DNA of 64,000 bases from Mayamaea pseudoterrestris (lineage: Eukaryota): contig BROI01000001.1 of assembly GCA_027923505.1 (NCBI GenBank), positions 1,922,001 to 1,986,000 on the forward strand, written 5' to 3'. This document shows positions 47,501 through 58,268 of the stretch, in pieces. The notes beneath the pieces were generated by a model, which ran no database searches, was not told the origin of the DNA, and saw nothing but the letters and a program-made list of their open reading frames with translations. The translations under genes and the position numbers were made by a program. Position 1 is the first letter of the stretch. Each line of letters starts with the position of its first letter.

Positions 47501-50500
47501 CCATTGACGGCGAACTTGACGACGCGCCAGCCGTGGATGATGGCGAAATTGAAGGAGTGCCCGATGAAGGCGAAATTGAAGGAGTGCCAGCTGCCGCAGA
47601 CGAAGAGGATTTCGATGCGCGCTATGGCCCACGCACTGGTCGGTATGGCCTGCGTGCGCGCAAACCTCGCTCGTTCGCTCATTTGTTCACGCTCGACGCT
47701 GCAGAGGAAGTGTCGGAGCCACTCGTCACGGCACAGATGAATATGCGACAAGGTTTAAAGGCTTTTGGCGATGCTGGAGTGGAGGCAGTGCGCAAGGAAA
47801 TGCAGCAGCTACACGACAGGCACGTCATGAAGGCAGTCCCCCAATGCCTTCTGACTCCGCAGCAGCGCAAGGACGCTCTGGCGTATTTGATGTTTCTCAA
47901 GCGCAAGAGATGCGGGACTGTGAAGGGACGCGGATGCGCGGATGGACGCAAGCAACGAGCATACACTGCAAAGGAAGACGCAGCATCTCCAACGATAGCG
48001 ACAGAGGCCATCTTTCTGACAGCTATCATTGACGCTATGGAAGGGCGCGAGGTTGCTGTGGTTGATGTACCGGGTGCTTTCATGCAAGCGGAAATGGATG
48101 AGTTGGTGCACGTTCGTTTCACTGGGAAGATGGTGGAGCTACTGTTGGAAATTGATCGCGAGATGTACGAGCCTTGCGTCACAATGGAGAATGGCGAGAA
48201 AGTCATGTATGTTGAATTACTCATGGCGCTTTATGGTACGCTTCGAGCAGCGCGACTATTCTGGGAGAAGTTGTCCGCAAAATTGCTTGAGTGGGGCTTC
48301 GAGAAGAACCCGTACGATCCGTGTGTGTGCAACAAGATTGTCAATGGGAAGCAAATCACCGTGGGATGGCACGTGGACGATTTGAAGATTTCGCACGTCG
48401 ACGTGAGCGTAGTGGATGAGTTCATCGCGCAGATGGATGAGGAGTTTGGCAAGGAGACTCCAATGAATAAGTCACGCGGAAAAGTGCACGACTACCTCGG
48501 CATGGTATTGACTATACTAAGCCTGGAGAAGTAGCAATCAACATGGTTGACTATGTGAAGAACATCCTGCATCATGCGCCAGACGACATGGATGGAACGG
48601 CAGCTACTCCGGCAGCCAGTCACTTGTTTCAGATATCGGAAAATCCTGTCATGTTGAGCGAAGCGAAGAAGCAGATTTTTGTGACGATTGTGATGCAGTG
48701 TCTGTATCTGAGTCAGCGAGCGCGACCGGATATTCGCACAGCGATTTCTTTTCTTGAGCACGAGGCCGCAGCAGCCTGACGAAGACGACTATAAGAAGGC
48801 TGCAAGAGTGATTAAATATTTACGCGGAAGGTGGACATAGTGTTGACGCTGAAGGCGGACCAGTCCGGGATAGTCCAGTGGTGGGTGGATGCGTCGTGCG
48901 CGGTGCACCCAGACATGAAGGGTCACACTGGTGGAACAATGACACTGGCCAAGGATCAGTGTACAGTACGTCGGCTAAACAGAAAGTTGGTAACAAGAAG
49001 CTCGACGGAGAGCGAAGTTGTGGAGTTCATGATGTGCTACCGCAGTTGCTGTGGACAGGATATTTTCTGAAGGCGCAAGGTTTCGGGGTCAAAGACACGA
49101 AATTGTATCAAGACAATATGAGTTCAATGCTGTTGGAAAAAGAATGGCAGGACGCAAGCAACGAGCATACACACTGCAAAAGGAAACGCAGCATCACGAT
49201 ACACAGGTCATCTTTCTGACAGCTATCATTGACGCTTGGAAGCCGTTGCTGTGGTTGATGTACGTGCTTTCATGCAAGCGGAAATGGATGATTGGTGCAC
49301 GTTCGTTTCACTGGGAAGATGGTGGAACTACTGTTGGGAAATTGATCGCGAGATGTACAGGCCTTGTCTATGGAGAATGGCGAGAAATATTTGTTGAATT
49401 ACTCATGGCGCTTTGTGGTGCGCTTCGAGCAGCGCGACTATTCTGGGGAAGTTGTCCGCAAAATTCGTATGGGGCTTCGAGAAGAACCCGTACGATCTTG
49501 TGTCAACAAGATTGTCAATGGGACAAATCACCGTGGGATGGCACGTGGACGATTTGAAGATTTCTGCACGTCGACGTGAGCGTAGTGGATGAGTTCATCG
49601 CGCAGATGGATGAGGAGTTTGGCAAGGAGACTCCAATGAATAAGTCACGCGGAAAAGTGCACGACTACCTCGGCATGGTATTGGACTATACTAAGCCTGG
49701 AGAAGTAGCAATCAACATGGTTGACTATGTGAAGAACATCACCATCATGCGCCAGACGACATGGATGGAACGGCAGCTACTCCGGCAGCCAGTCACTTGT
49801 TTCAGATATCGGAAAATCCTGTCATGTTGAGCGAAGCGAAGAAGCCAGATTTTTGTGACGATTGTGATGCAGTGTCTGTATCTGAGTCAGCGAGCGCGAC
49901 CGGATATTCGCACAGCGATTTCTTTCTTGAGCACGAGGCTGCAGCAGCCTGACGAAGACGACTATAAGAAGGCTGCAAGAGTGATTAAATATTTACGCGG
50001 AAGCGTGTATATGGTGTTGACGCTGAAGGCGGACCAGTCCGGGATAGTCCAGTGGTGGGTGGATGCGTCGTACGCGGTGCACCCAGACATGAAGGGTCAC
50101 ACTGGTGGAACAATGACACTTGGCCAAGGATCAGTGTACAGTACGTCGGCTAAACAGAAGTTGGTAACAAGAAGCTCGACGGAGCGAAGTTGTGGGAGTT
50201 CATGATGTGCTCACCGCAGTTGCTGTGGACAGGATATTTTCTGAAGGCGCAAGGTTTCGGGGTCAAAGACACGAAATTGTATCAAAGACAATATGAGTTC
50301 AATGCTGTTGGAAAAGAATGGCAGAAGCTCAAGTACAAAGCGCACGCGACACATGAATGTTCGGTACTTCTTTGTGAAAGATCGCGTGGCAGCTGGTGAA
50401 GTCAACATTGAGCATTGTCCGACCGGAGACATGGTCGCGGATTTCTTCACGAAACCATTGCAGGGAGCCCAGTTTGGCAAGCTCCGCAACCTGGTTATGA

Positions 50501-50613
50501 ATCTGGCCTCGAGCAGTAAGTACTACTCGGCCCAAAGGAGTGTGTTGAGCATGGATGAGAACCCAAACCGAAGCGGCAGCGGTGACGTCACGAAGACGGT
50601 CACATTTAAGTAA
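44594..50613 (+). pseudogene. Copia gag-pol polyprotein, split by 1-nt indels and an internal duplication in this sequence
   Basis: CWTCQQVGHVQRDC knuckle; protease (L)DNQSTVDLF; IN CADIMY/MDGEF/EIER; RT DVPGAF, ALYG, WHVDD; RNase H WVDAS, QDN, ADFFTKPL. Confidence 0.9.
47945..50323 (+). repeat. About 1.2-kb tandem duplication of RT-RNase H with an error-rich junction
   Basis: GGACGCAAGCAACGAGC at about 47944 recurs at about 49150; second copy is full of small deletions over its first ~430 bp. Confidence 0.85.
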
Positions 50614-50753
50614 GCGCGGTAAGCGGCAACCGAAGGAGTGGATCGAGGACGATCACTTCTTGGAGAAAATAAGTAAAGTGGTTTTATTGACTCTGTTCTG
50701 CTTAATCATTAGTGTCGCTTCAAGGGCGCGCAAGATATATTCTAGATCCAACA
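50543..50753 (+). repeat. Copia 3' LTR, 211 bp
   Basis: Same sequence as the 5' LTRs; preceded by the polypurine tract. Confidence 0.95.
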
Positions 50754-50769
50754 CCCATGACATTGTCAC

Positions 50770-51723
50770 ATGCCCCGCCCTATTCAAAACATCATGGTAC
50801 CTCCAGCAGTACCTCCAGCTGCCGCCGCTCGCAGTCACCATGCAGCAGCAGGCTCTAGTTTCAAAATGTTTGACGGCGCGCCAGTGACAAAACTGCTCCT
50901 CGCCCAAGTCTTGCTGCTGTACCTGATGCGAAACGTTTGGCATTTACTTGAATATTACGAAAACAACGAACCAACGGCGAGCATAGTTGCCATAATATTT
51001 CGCCTGATGGTTTGTAAATTAACCTTTTCAGCGCCGGGTCCTCTCATACTTGGAGGTATACTGCTGGGGACGTTTGGGCGAAGATATGAGCGTGAGCTTG
51101 GAAGCTTGCGGTTCATATGGCTATGTCTCTTTTGCAATGCTCTCGTGATACTGTTGGAGCTACTGACGGTCAATGTCATGCCAGGCAAGCGTTACGACGG
51201 ACCGTATCCGCTGCTGGGAGCTTGCCTGTGGCTCTACTACTGCTACGCGCCGCGACTATATCCAAGCTTCTTCTCCATTCTTGGTTTGGAAGCATCGGAA
51301 AAGTCAATCTTTTACTCTCTCTTTGGCCTAGTATTGTTCCGTGAGGGACTGCAACCCGCTATATTGGGAATGATGGCTTGCTGCTTGTTTTGCAGGCTGC
51401 AACTGCAGTTTCCAAACGTCATGGGGCTTGCCAGCCACGCGACGCTGCTGCTGCAAAAGGTGCAAGCGCCACCGCGCGTCTTGATTTCCACAGCAGCCAA
51501 TGGAGTAAACGTCTTGAATCATCATGCTGCGGCTGCTAATGCTCGTCCAATGGTTCGCCCAGTAGTAGCTCCGCCACGACCAGTTGTCGTGGAAGCAGAC
51601 CCAGCCGCCATTGAGCAGCTCGTCATGATGGGCTTTGACCAAGATCAAGTAGTTCGCACGCTGCAGGCGACAAACAACAACGTGGAGCGAGCTGCGGATC
51701 AACTACTTTCGCAATTGTCATAG
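50770..51723 (+). CDS. UBAC2-like rhomboid pseudoprotease with C-terminal UBA domain
   Basis: APVTK, RRYERELGSLRF, GPY, SEKS, then UBA LVMMGF...NNNVERAADQLL. Confidence 0.85.
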   Translation: MPRPIQNIMVPPAVPPAAAARSHHAAAGSSFKMFDGAPVTKLLLAQVLLLYLMRNVWHLLEYYENNEPTASIVAIIFRLMVCKLTFSAPGPLILGGILLGTFGRRYERELGSLRFIWLCLFCNALVILLELLTVNVMPGKRYDGPYPLLGACLWLYYCYAPRLYPSFFSILGLEASEKSIFYSLFGLVLFREGLQPAILGMMACCLFCRLQLQFPNVMGLASHATLLLQKVQAPPRVLISTAANGVNVLNHHAAAANARPMVRPVVAPPRPVVVEADPAAIEQLVMMGFDQDQVVRTLQATNNNVERAADQLLSQLS

Positions 51724-51962
51724 AGGCTACCGGTAGTAATGCTGCTGGTGGTGGATGTGGTCTTGAGTATACTTTCTTTCGAGGAAACACATGTGAACCT
51801 CTATTTGCAACTGGAACTGTCAGTCTACTCGTAGTCTTGCTTAAGCACCGAACCATACACAATTAAATTTATTTATCTTATTGATTTCTACTGCTCACGC
51901 AAAATGTTGTTTCCAAGCATCCATGTAAACTTTCTTTTCCCTGCCACCCACTACGGCTGCGC

Positions 51963-53057
51963 TCAATCTCTGTTACCATTCACTTCCGACTGCGGCAGTT
52001 CCGTCGCAATCAATGGCGACGGCGTCGGCCAAAAGTCGGTAAACATGTGCACCGTTGGCTCCTGGGTGGGAACGGGTACGACGGACGGTGCAGCACTTGA
52101 CGGTGCCAATGTCAATGCGTTTGCCGTTGGTGCTGCCGTAACGCGCCGCTTGCGTCGCGTGGGAGCAATCGTTGGTGGACGCCGTCGCATGCGGCGCGTC
52201 GGTGCCACTGTTTTGGATCGTCGTCGCCGCATGCGAACGGTTGGTGCAATGGTTTTACGCATGCGCCTCTTGACGGGAGTAGTGGTTGGTACTCCTTCCA
52301 TGTTGTCGAACAAAAAGGATGGAGCAGCTGTCGATATACTTGGAGCAGATGATGGCTGCATATTGCGGGGAGTAAGTGTTGGAGGATGCGTGCCAATGAT
52401 GCCGATAGTTGGAGTTTCCGTTGCCAACTGAAAAGTTGGCGCTTCAGTCATGAACGAGATGGACTGCTCTTGATCTTTTATAACTTGATTTCTGTTTCTT
52501 TTGTCGTTGATATTCTCATTTCCAATTGTAACAGTCGGAGGTGCTGTCGTCAAGATTAGCGATGGCGTCAGCGAAGGCTCGCTCGTTGCATTCAGAGTGG
52601 GTGCCACGGTTTCAATTTCCGCCGTTGGCTCTGGCCCACGCATGTACGAATACACCCAAGTGGGGGCTTGCGTACCAAGTGACTGGGTCGGAACAATGGA
52701 GGATGAACTGTTATTTCTCTTCTTTCGCCGGTTTCGTTGGCGCTTTCGTTGTTTCCTGCTGAGTGGTGGGCGAGATGTTCGTGCAATGCTTGGCGCCATG
52801 GAAGGTTCGTCCGTCTTGTAACGCTTGACCATTACAAGGTCGTGCAATTCATTTACATCAAGGTCTATTCCAGCAAGCATGAGGTTTCGGCGTTCAGTTT
52901 CAAGATGCACCTTCTTTTGATTTGCATTATTTGAGCTTGGAGAAAAGAGTCGTCGAACATTCTGCTCATGGTAACAGCACAGCAATCCCACCGACGCCAC
53001 AGTTACAATCATCATGGCGGCACTTCGACCGTGACGAGTCTGATTGGTGTCCACCAT
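51963..53057 (-). CDS. Membrane-anchored or secreted Thr/Pro-rich protein with APT repeats and Arg clusters
   Basis: Hydrophobic segment near the N-terminus (probable start MVDTNQ); APT/APS/EPT repeats; RRMRRR-type clusters. Confidence 0.7.
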   Translation of the reverse strand: MVDTNQTRHGRSAAMMIVTVASVGLLCCYHEQNVRRLFSPSSNNANQKKVHLETERRNLMLAGIDLDVNELHDLVMVKRYKTDEPSMAPSIARTSRPPLSRKQRKRQRNRRKKRNNSSSSIVPTQSLGTQAPTWVYSYMRGPEPTAEIETVAPTLNATSEPSLTPSLILTTAPPTVTIGNENINDKRNRNQVIKDQEQSISFMTEAPTFQLATETPTIGIIGTHPPTLTPRNMQPSSAPSISTAAPSFLFDNMEGVPTTTPVKRRMRKTIAPTVRMRRRRSKTVAPTRRMRRRPPTIAPTRRKRRVTAAPTANALTLAPSSAAPSVVPVPTQEPTVHMFTDFWPTPSPLIATELPQSEVNGNRD

Positions 53058-53865
53058 TGTATTGTCTGAAATACTTGATCCGTGCGAAGGATGAGTTGCG
53101 CGATTGCCCAGCTCGTTCGATGCAGATTGTGTTGCAATGAGAGTAATTCTCGTTCCGTCCTGATTCAATACAAATGACTCGGAAGACGAAACGTTTCCTA
53201 TCCCGGAATGGTCGACAAAACTGCTATACGTGCATGTCGAGTTGGAAATGAGCGATGGGCTTTGTTCATGGCCAAAATTACACCATGACTCACACTCCTT
53301 CCGTTTTGGCCACAAATTTTCAGCGAGCACCTCGTCACACATGGCCAATCATGTGAGTACATGAATGCGTCTTAGTCATGGCGGACAAATAAGCTCTTTG
53401 CAAAACACATGTTCTGATAAAGTCTCTCAAAAGAGTATCGTGAGCTTAATCGAACAATGGCAAAATCAAGGCATCTACCACTGAGGTAGGTCAAAGCAGC
53501 CAGCAGCTTGCCGTTGAATCATGGATGCAGCCTAAGCCACACTGAAGTTTGAACTCAAATCTAAACACTTTTATTGGCATCTGTTGCGTCGCCATTTGAA
53601 TACTTTGTACATGCCATTAAACTGCCGCCCTACTGTAGTTATCATGGTGAAGCATCGTCAGCTCGATGGATGGTTGCAATGTTGATGATGATGTCGAAGC
53701 AAAAAAGTCAGAGCGGTACTAAAATCACGATTGATGTCGCACCGTTGATATGAATCGTGATCGCCAAATCCATCACGGAGCGGCCAACTTCGACCAAGGG
53801 TGGCGGCTTTTCTCCCCTCACTGTTTCGAAAACCAGGAGAGAAATGCGTGAATGCTTGTAGATAC

Positions 53866-55653
53866 ATGCAGCAGTCCGAAATGAGTGACGAAGAGAGTCA
53901 ATCTCCCAGTTTAAACGACGACGACGACGATGATATCGAAGCCGGTAGTGACATCCTCCAGGACGAGAAGGAAAAGGTCCTTGAAAAACTGTCTGCTCAA
54001 GCGTCAAAAGCTGAAACTGAGCCAGATACCAGTGATTTAGACAAGGAGAAACTGGAGCAAATGAGGAAAGTGGTCTACTGCGGCAAGCCGCCAGTATTGA
54101 AAGACATCAAGTCCAAACGTGCACTGCCACAACCAAAATCGTCGAATTCGATACCCCAGGCAAAGAAAGAAGCGGACAATCGCGCCGCTTTGATACGATC
54201 GGCCAAGAAAAAAGGTAAAAAGGTCACCAAAGCCTATCATCAGGTAAAATCTGTGTCCAATGACAATGCCGATGCATCCGTATCGCAGACTTGGTTGGAT
54301 GATCAGAAATCGCTTGAATGTCAACCTGCTTTTGACGATGACGATTTTGAGGAGTCTACGGAACCGTCTACACCGCGAGTATCCATCGCCAAGAGCCTTC
54401 GGATCAATTTCGTGCGAAAGATGCGCAGCAATCCCAAGCGATCTGCAATTGTTACAGCGGCAATCCTCGGACTGGCAGTACTGCTCGTTACTGTTGCCGT
54501 CGTCTTTTTGCAAAGACGATCAAACTCCGCCAGCATGTCGTCTATAGCTTCAATGGTATATGTTCCCGGCAAGCTCGTGGTATCAGAAAATCACCTTGTG
54601 TTGTCCCAAGGCTTGTCGTCCAAGATCATTGCAACCGCTGGCATGCCAGTCCAGTATCCATCGACTGGATCGGCTTCTCTAAATATGTTTCAGTCAGAAT
54701 CTAACTTGGGAGAAACGTTACATACTTCCAATGGCGGCTGGATTTACGTGAGCAACGCGGACGAGCAAGGCAATATAGGAGCGCTCACATTCGACAACGA
54801 TGGCACTGCGATAAAATACAAAATATTGTATACCGGTACGAACAACTCTAGAGGATGTGGCAAGACACCTTGGGATGCTTGGATCAGCTGTGAAGACTCT
54901 ACCAATGGGCGATGCTATCAAGTGGATCCAACCGGTCAACGGGATACCTCAATGATAACCGTTGGCGAGGAGACGGACGGTGGCCACTTTAACTCCTTTG
55001 CTTATTGGGCATTACTAACGTCTGGACCGCACTTTTTTGTTTCCGCTGATGGTGAATATGACAGTTTGCAAAGATTCATTCCCGATCAAGTCGATTGGTC
55101 GAATCCTTGGAACATGCTTCTTGGCCCAGGGACAACCATGTATTTACTGCTAAACCCCCATGACAGGACATTTGACTGGACATTCGATGCCGACGAAGCT
55201 CAAGTCAATGCTGAAGAATACTTTCCTGGACCAACAAGCGTTGATCAATATGAAAACTGCCTATATTTTGTTTCCAAGAGTCTCAAACGAATGTGTGTCT
55301 TGAACCTCTTGGAAGGAACCTACTCGGAGCAATCCACAGACGGCCAGTATGATCAGCTCGTGCGGATCAAGGAGGAAAATGCCAGTGACATTTTTTACTA
55401 CTCACAGAATGCGGACAATGCGTTTCAAATTACTGCGCGCAACGCGCAAGGCCCATATTCAATCGTTGGCGCGAGTGAGGGCGGGGATGAAGCAACAGGG
55501 CTGGCATTTTCACCAAACGGCAAGCACATGTACTTTGTTTTAAACAAAGCGGGCATTGTTTACGATATTACAAGAAACGATGGACTGGGCTTTCAAATTC
55601 AGCCGCCGCATATTGAGTATGGGAGTGCGGGAAGTAATCGACTGCTAATATAA
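53866..55653 (+). CDS. Type II membrane PhoX/DUF839-like beta-propeller, paralog 1 (degenerate active site)
   Basis: Acidic N-terminus, single TM, LSQGL, GGWIYVSN, KTPWDAWISCE, EATGLAFSPNG. Confidence 0.82.
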   Translation: MQQSEMSDEESQSPSLNDDDDDDIEAGSDILQDEKEKVLEKLSAQASKAETEPDTSDLDKEKLEQMRKVVYCGKPPVLKDIKSKRALPQPKSSNSIPQAKKEADNRAALIRSAKKKGKKVTKAYHQVKSVSNDNADASVSQTWLDDQKSLECQPAFDDDDFEESTEPSTPRVSIAKSLRINFVRKMRSNPKRSAIVTAAILGLAVLLVTVAVVFLQRRSNSASMSSIASMVYVPGKLVVSENHLVLSQGLSSKIIATAGMPVQYPSTGSASLNMFQSESNLGETLHTSNGGWIYVSNADEQGNIGALTFDNDGTAIKYKILYTGTNNSRGCGKTPWDAWISCEDSTNGRCYQVDPTGQRDTSMITVGEETDGGHFNSFAYWALLTSGPHFFVSADGEYDSLQRFIPDQVDWSNPWNMLLGPGTTMYLLLNPHDRTFDWTFDADEAQVNAEEYFPGPTSVDQYENCLYFVSKSLKRMCVLNLLEGTYSEQSTDGQYDQLVRIKEENASDIFYYSQNADNAFQITARNAQGPYSIVGASEGGDEATGLAFSPNGKHMYFVLNKAGIVYDITRNDGLGFQIQPPHIEYGSAGSNRLLI

Positions 55654-56193
55654 ATTGCATTTTCGTAGACATGAACAACAGCTAGCAGCTTGCTTAAAGA
55701 AATATACTGTAGGATGGTGCGTGTATGCCACGTTAGTTGCATGGTCTGCTGCCAATGCGTGGGTAAAAGCTTGGCACAAGACCAGATAGCTAATCATTCG
55801 GTGCGTCATTTTTAATCGTGATTTATGACTCAGTACCGTTCGTCAGTCGTTGATTATTGGTTTCTCTTCAGTGTCTGTCGAACGCTGTGAGGTCACTTTT
55901 CGCGGGCGCCGCGCTGAAAGTTCAGTCACGGGTGAGTGGGACGTCATCGCTCGACGCCGTTTCGATCGAGCGAGGTTCTCTCCACTTTCATCGGCCGTTT
56001 GCGGCATGTTCTGATCGCACGTTGAAGGTTGCGTCTACAATCTTCCCGATTGCTAGCTTGCTGTAGCGGGAGCTTGGGGAGCTGTTTCTATTGGTCTTGT
56101 TCTTCATTGGTTCGGTCCGAGTCTGTTCATCATATACAACGACTGCTTGCTTGGCTCGCATCGACCAAGACCAAGACCGAAGGCACCACTATA

Positions 56194-58003
56194 ATGCGAC
56201 CCAATGTCATTTATCCGAGTGATGGAAGCGGATCTGAAACGCCTCGTCGCGTTACAGCAAAACAGTTTGAAATCTTTTGCAAGCTTGACAATCAGAACCT
56301 CATCAATTGGGCGGCTGTTTTGAGACGAGCCAAATCGCATCCATCGGATATTTTGCTTCGCGAAGATGTTCATGGCGACACTCCTCTTCACGCAGCATTT
56401 CGCAGCGGAGATCCTCCAGTAGACGTCATTTTGGCACTACAAGCAGCGAGCCGGCTCAAGAATGATTCTGGAGCAACGCCCCTTCACATTGCGGCGAGCC
56501 ATCGCTGCTCGGTGGATGCAATGCGCGCCTTGCTCGAATGCGGAGCCAATTGGAAGGAAGCTTCTCCATGCGTCGACACGAACAACGTTGGACGGACTCC
56601 GGCTCATTCGGCTTGTATGTCGTTCCGAAACTTAGAGATGAGTGCGTTCATGCTACTTCTTGATCAGACGCTCAAGGAAGGATTTATATCCGTCGACAAG
56701 GGACGAGAGCATGAGCCGACGCTTGGTTTTGAAGATGAAGACGATTATTTGAATGATTCTTACAATGACTTTGATGTTGAAAAATGTGAGAAAGTGGTCC
56801 GAAATGTCATGACTGTCAGAGACTCTCGCGGCATGACGCCCTTGGCGCTCTTGTTTGGGCGCTATCGCCAGCGCGTCCGCCGAGTCATTACGGATATCGA
56901 TGCGTCTCGAGCAGGAAATAAGGATGCACCAGAACATGCAGCACTTGTCTCTGCAATGCGGGTCCATCGTGAACTCGGTGAACTGTGGGACAAGGCCCGC
57001 CGCATTGTGACTCGATTGACAGAGGCCCGATTGGAACATGAAGGAATTGATACGGAAAGGTACATGCCGCAATCTTCGTCTCCTGCAAGCGACGAGGAAC
57101 AAAAGAGAGCGGCGGCATGGGCGTATGAGCAGCACAGAGGACGCGAGCCTACGGAAGATGATGTGTTGCCTGTTTATGTGGATGTGGCAGACCGAGAATC
57201 GAGCTTGAGCCCAGTCCTCAACGAGACTGTTAGTGTTGCGCGCCAGTTTCGTATTGTTCATTCTTCAGTCGGCTTGATTGGATACGGATGTCCTCCAGAA
57301 ATGATCCGACTCGCAATTTCGATCCATCCTCATCAAGTTTCCGAGATGGACGAGGATGGCAACCTTCCGCTCCACATTGCTGCGAAGGCTTCTTCATTCC
57401 TTGGGCGATACAATGACGTTATGTCAGCAAACGCCGCTGCTGCAGTGATCGCCACCAATTTCTCGGATGACGCTAGTATCGTCTCAGAGACTGCCAGCTT
57501 CTTTTCATCCATTACAGTTTCTCAGACGACCAATCCTTTTGACAAGGTATGTCAGAGTGCATAATTAAAGCAGACAGGATCTTGTTCATTGTTTATAGAA
57601 TGCCAACTAACCATCCGAACTCGTTCAATATCACTAGGTCATCAAAATGCTCTTGCAGCACTATCCCAAAGCCGCCGAAACTCCTCAAGGCGAAACAGGC
57701 CAGCTTCCATTGATCATGGCAATGAAGGCTGGCCAGCGAAGTTGGACTGATGGTATTCGCACGCTACTTAACGCATACCCTGCTGCGCTTCACCGCTCGA
57801 AAGCAATTGCACCTGTTTTGTATCCACATGTTCTTGCATTGGTCACCAATTCGAATGAGATTGACGAAACAAAGCTCGAGCGTCATCCTTTTCTGCGCGA
57901 CAAACAAATTCGTCAAGATAATCATTCCCGCACAACTCTGTTCGAGTTTCTTCAGGCCAACCCAGAGTGGTTGACTGGCGAAGATGGAGATGAACAGTCA
58001 TAA
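56194..58003 (+). CDS. Ankyrin-repeat protein; 2 exons
   Basis: GDTPLHAA, GATPLHIAA, GRTPAH, GNLPLHIAA; intron 57547-57637. Confidence 0.88.
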
Positions 58004-58268
58004 AAATTGTACACATTTAAGTACTTTGTACTGTCGTAACCCACTCCAAGATAGCTATGGCAGTTGAGTGTTTTGTCGTGGAAACTTTGTCTGACCGGCA
58101 CAGGACTATAACGATGCGACAGACAATTTTCTGTCGACTTTGCCGATCGAATCAAATGCTCATCCATTGTCGAATTTTTGCTTGCAAAGGCAAAGAAAAA
58201 CTTTGCGGCTAGATTCATTGTTCTAAAGCGCTGTTACACAAAAAGACGACTCTGGAAGAGATGCTATC

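Larger units (their letters stand above)
44100..50753 (+). mobile_element. Ty1/Copia LTR retrotransposon (CoDi-like) with a duplicated 5' LTR
   Basis: Gag-PR-IN-RT-RH order; TGTTG...CAACA LTRs; polypurine tract AAAGGAGTG before the 3' LTR; no target-site duplication. Confidence 0.95.

Noticed and set aside
47455..47590. Short repeats GGCGAAATTGAAGGAGTGCC resembling a CRISPR-like array
   Set aside because: Encode (A/E)IEGVP repeats in the acidic IN-RT linker; irregular spacing, eukaryotic context, no cas genes
44555..47632. Long antisense ORFs (246, 249 and 390 aa) in the Copia element
   Set aside because: Mirror the codon bias of the sense polyprotein; no motifs
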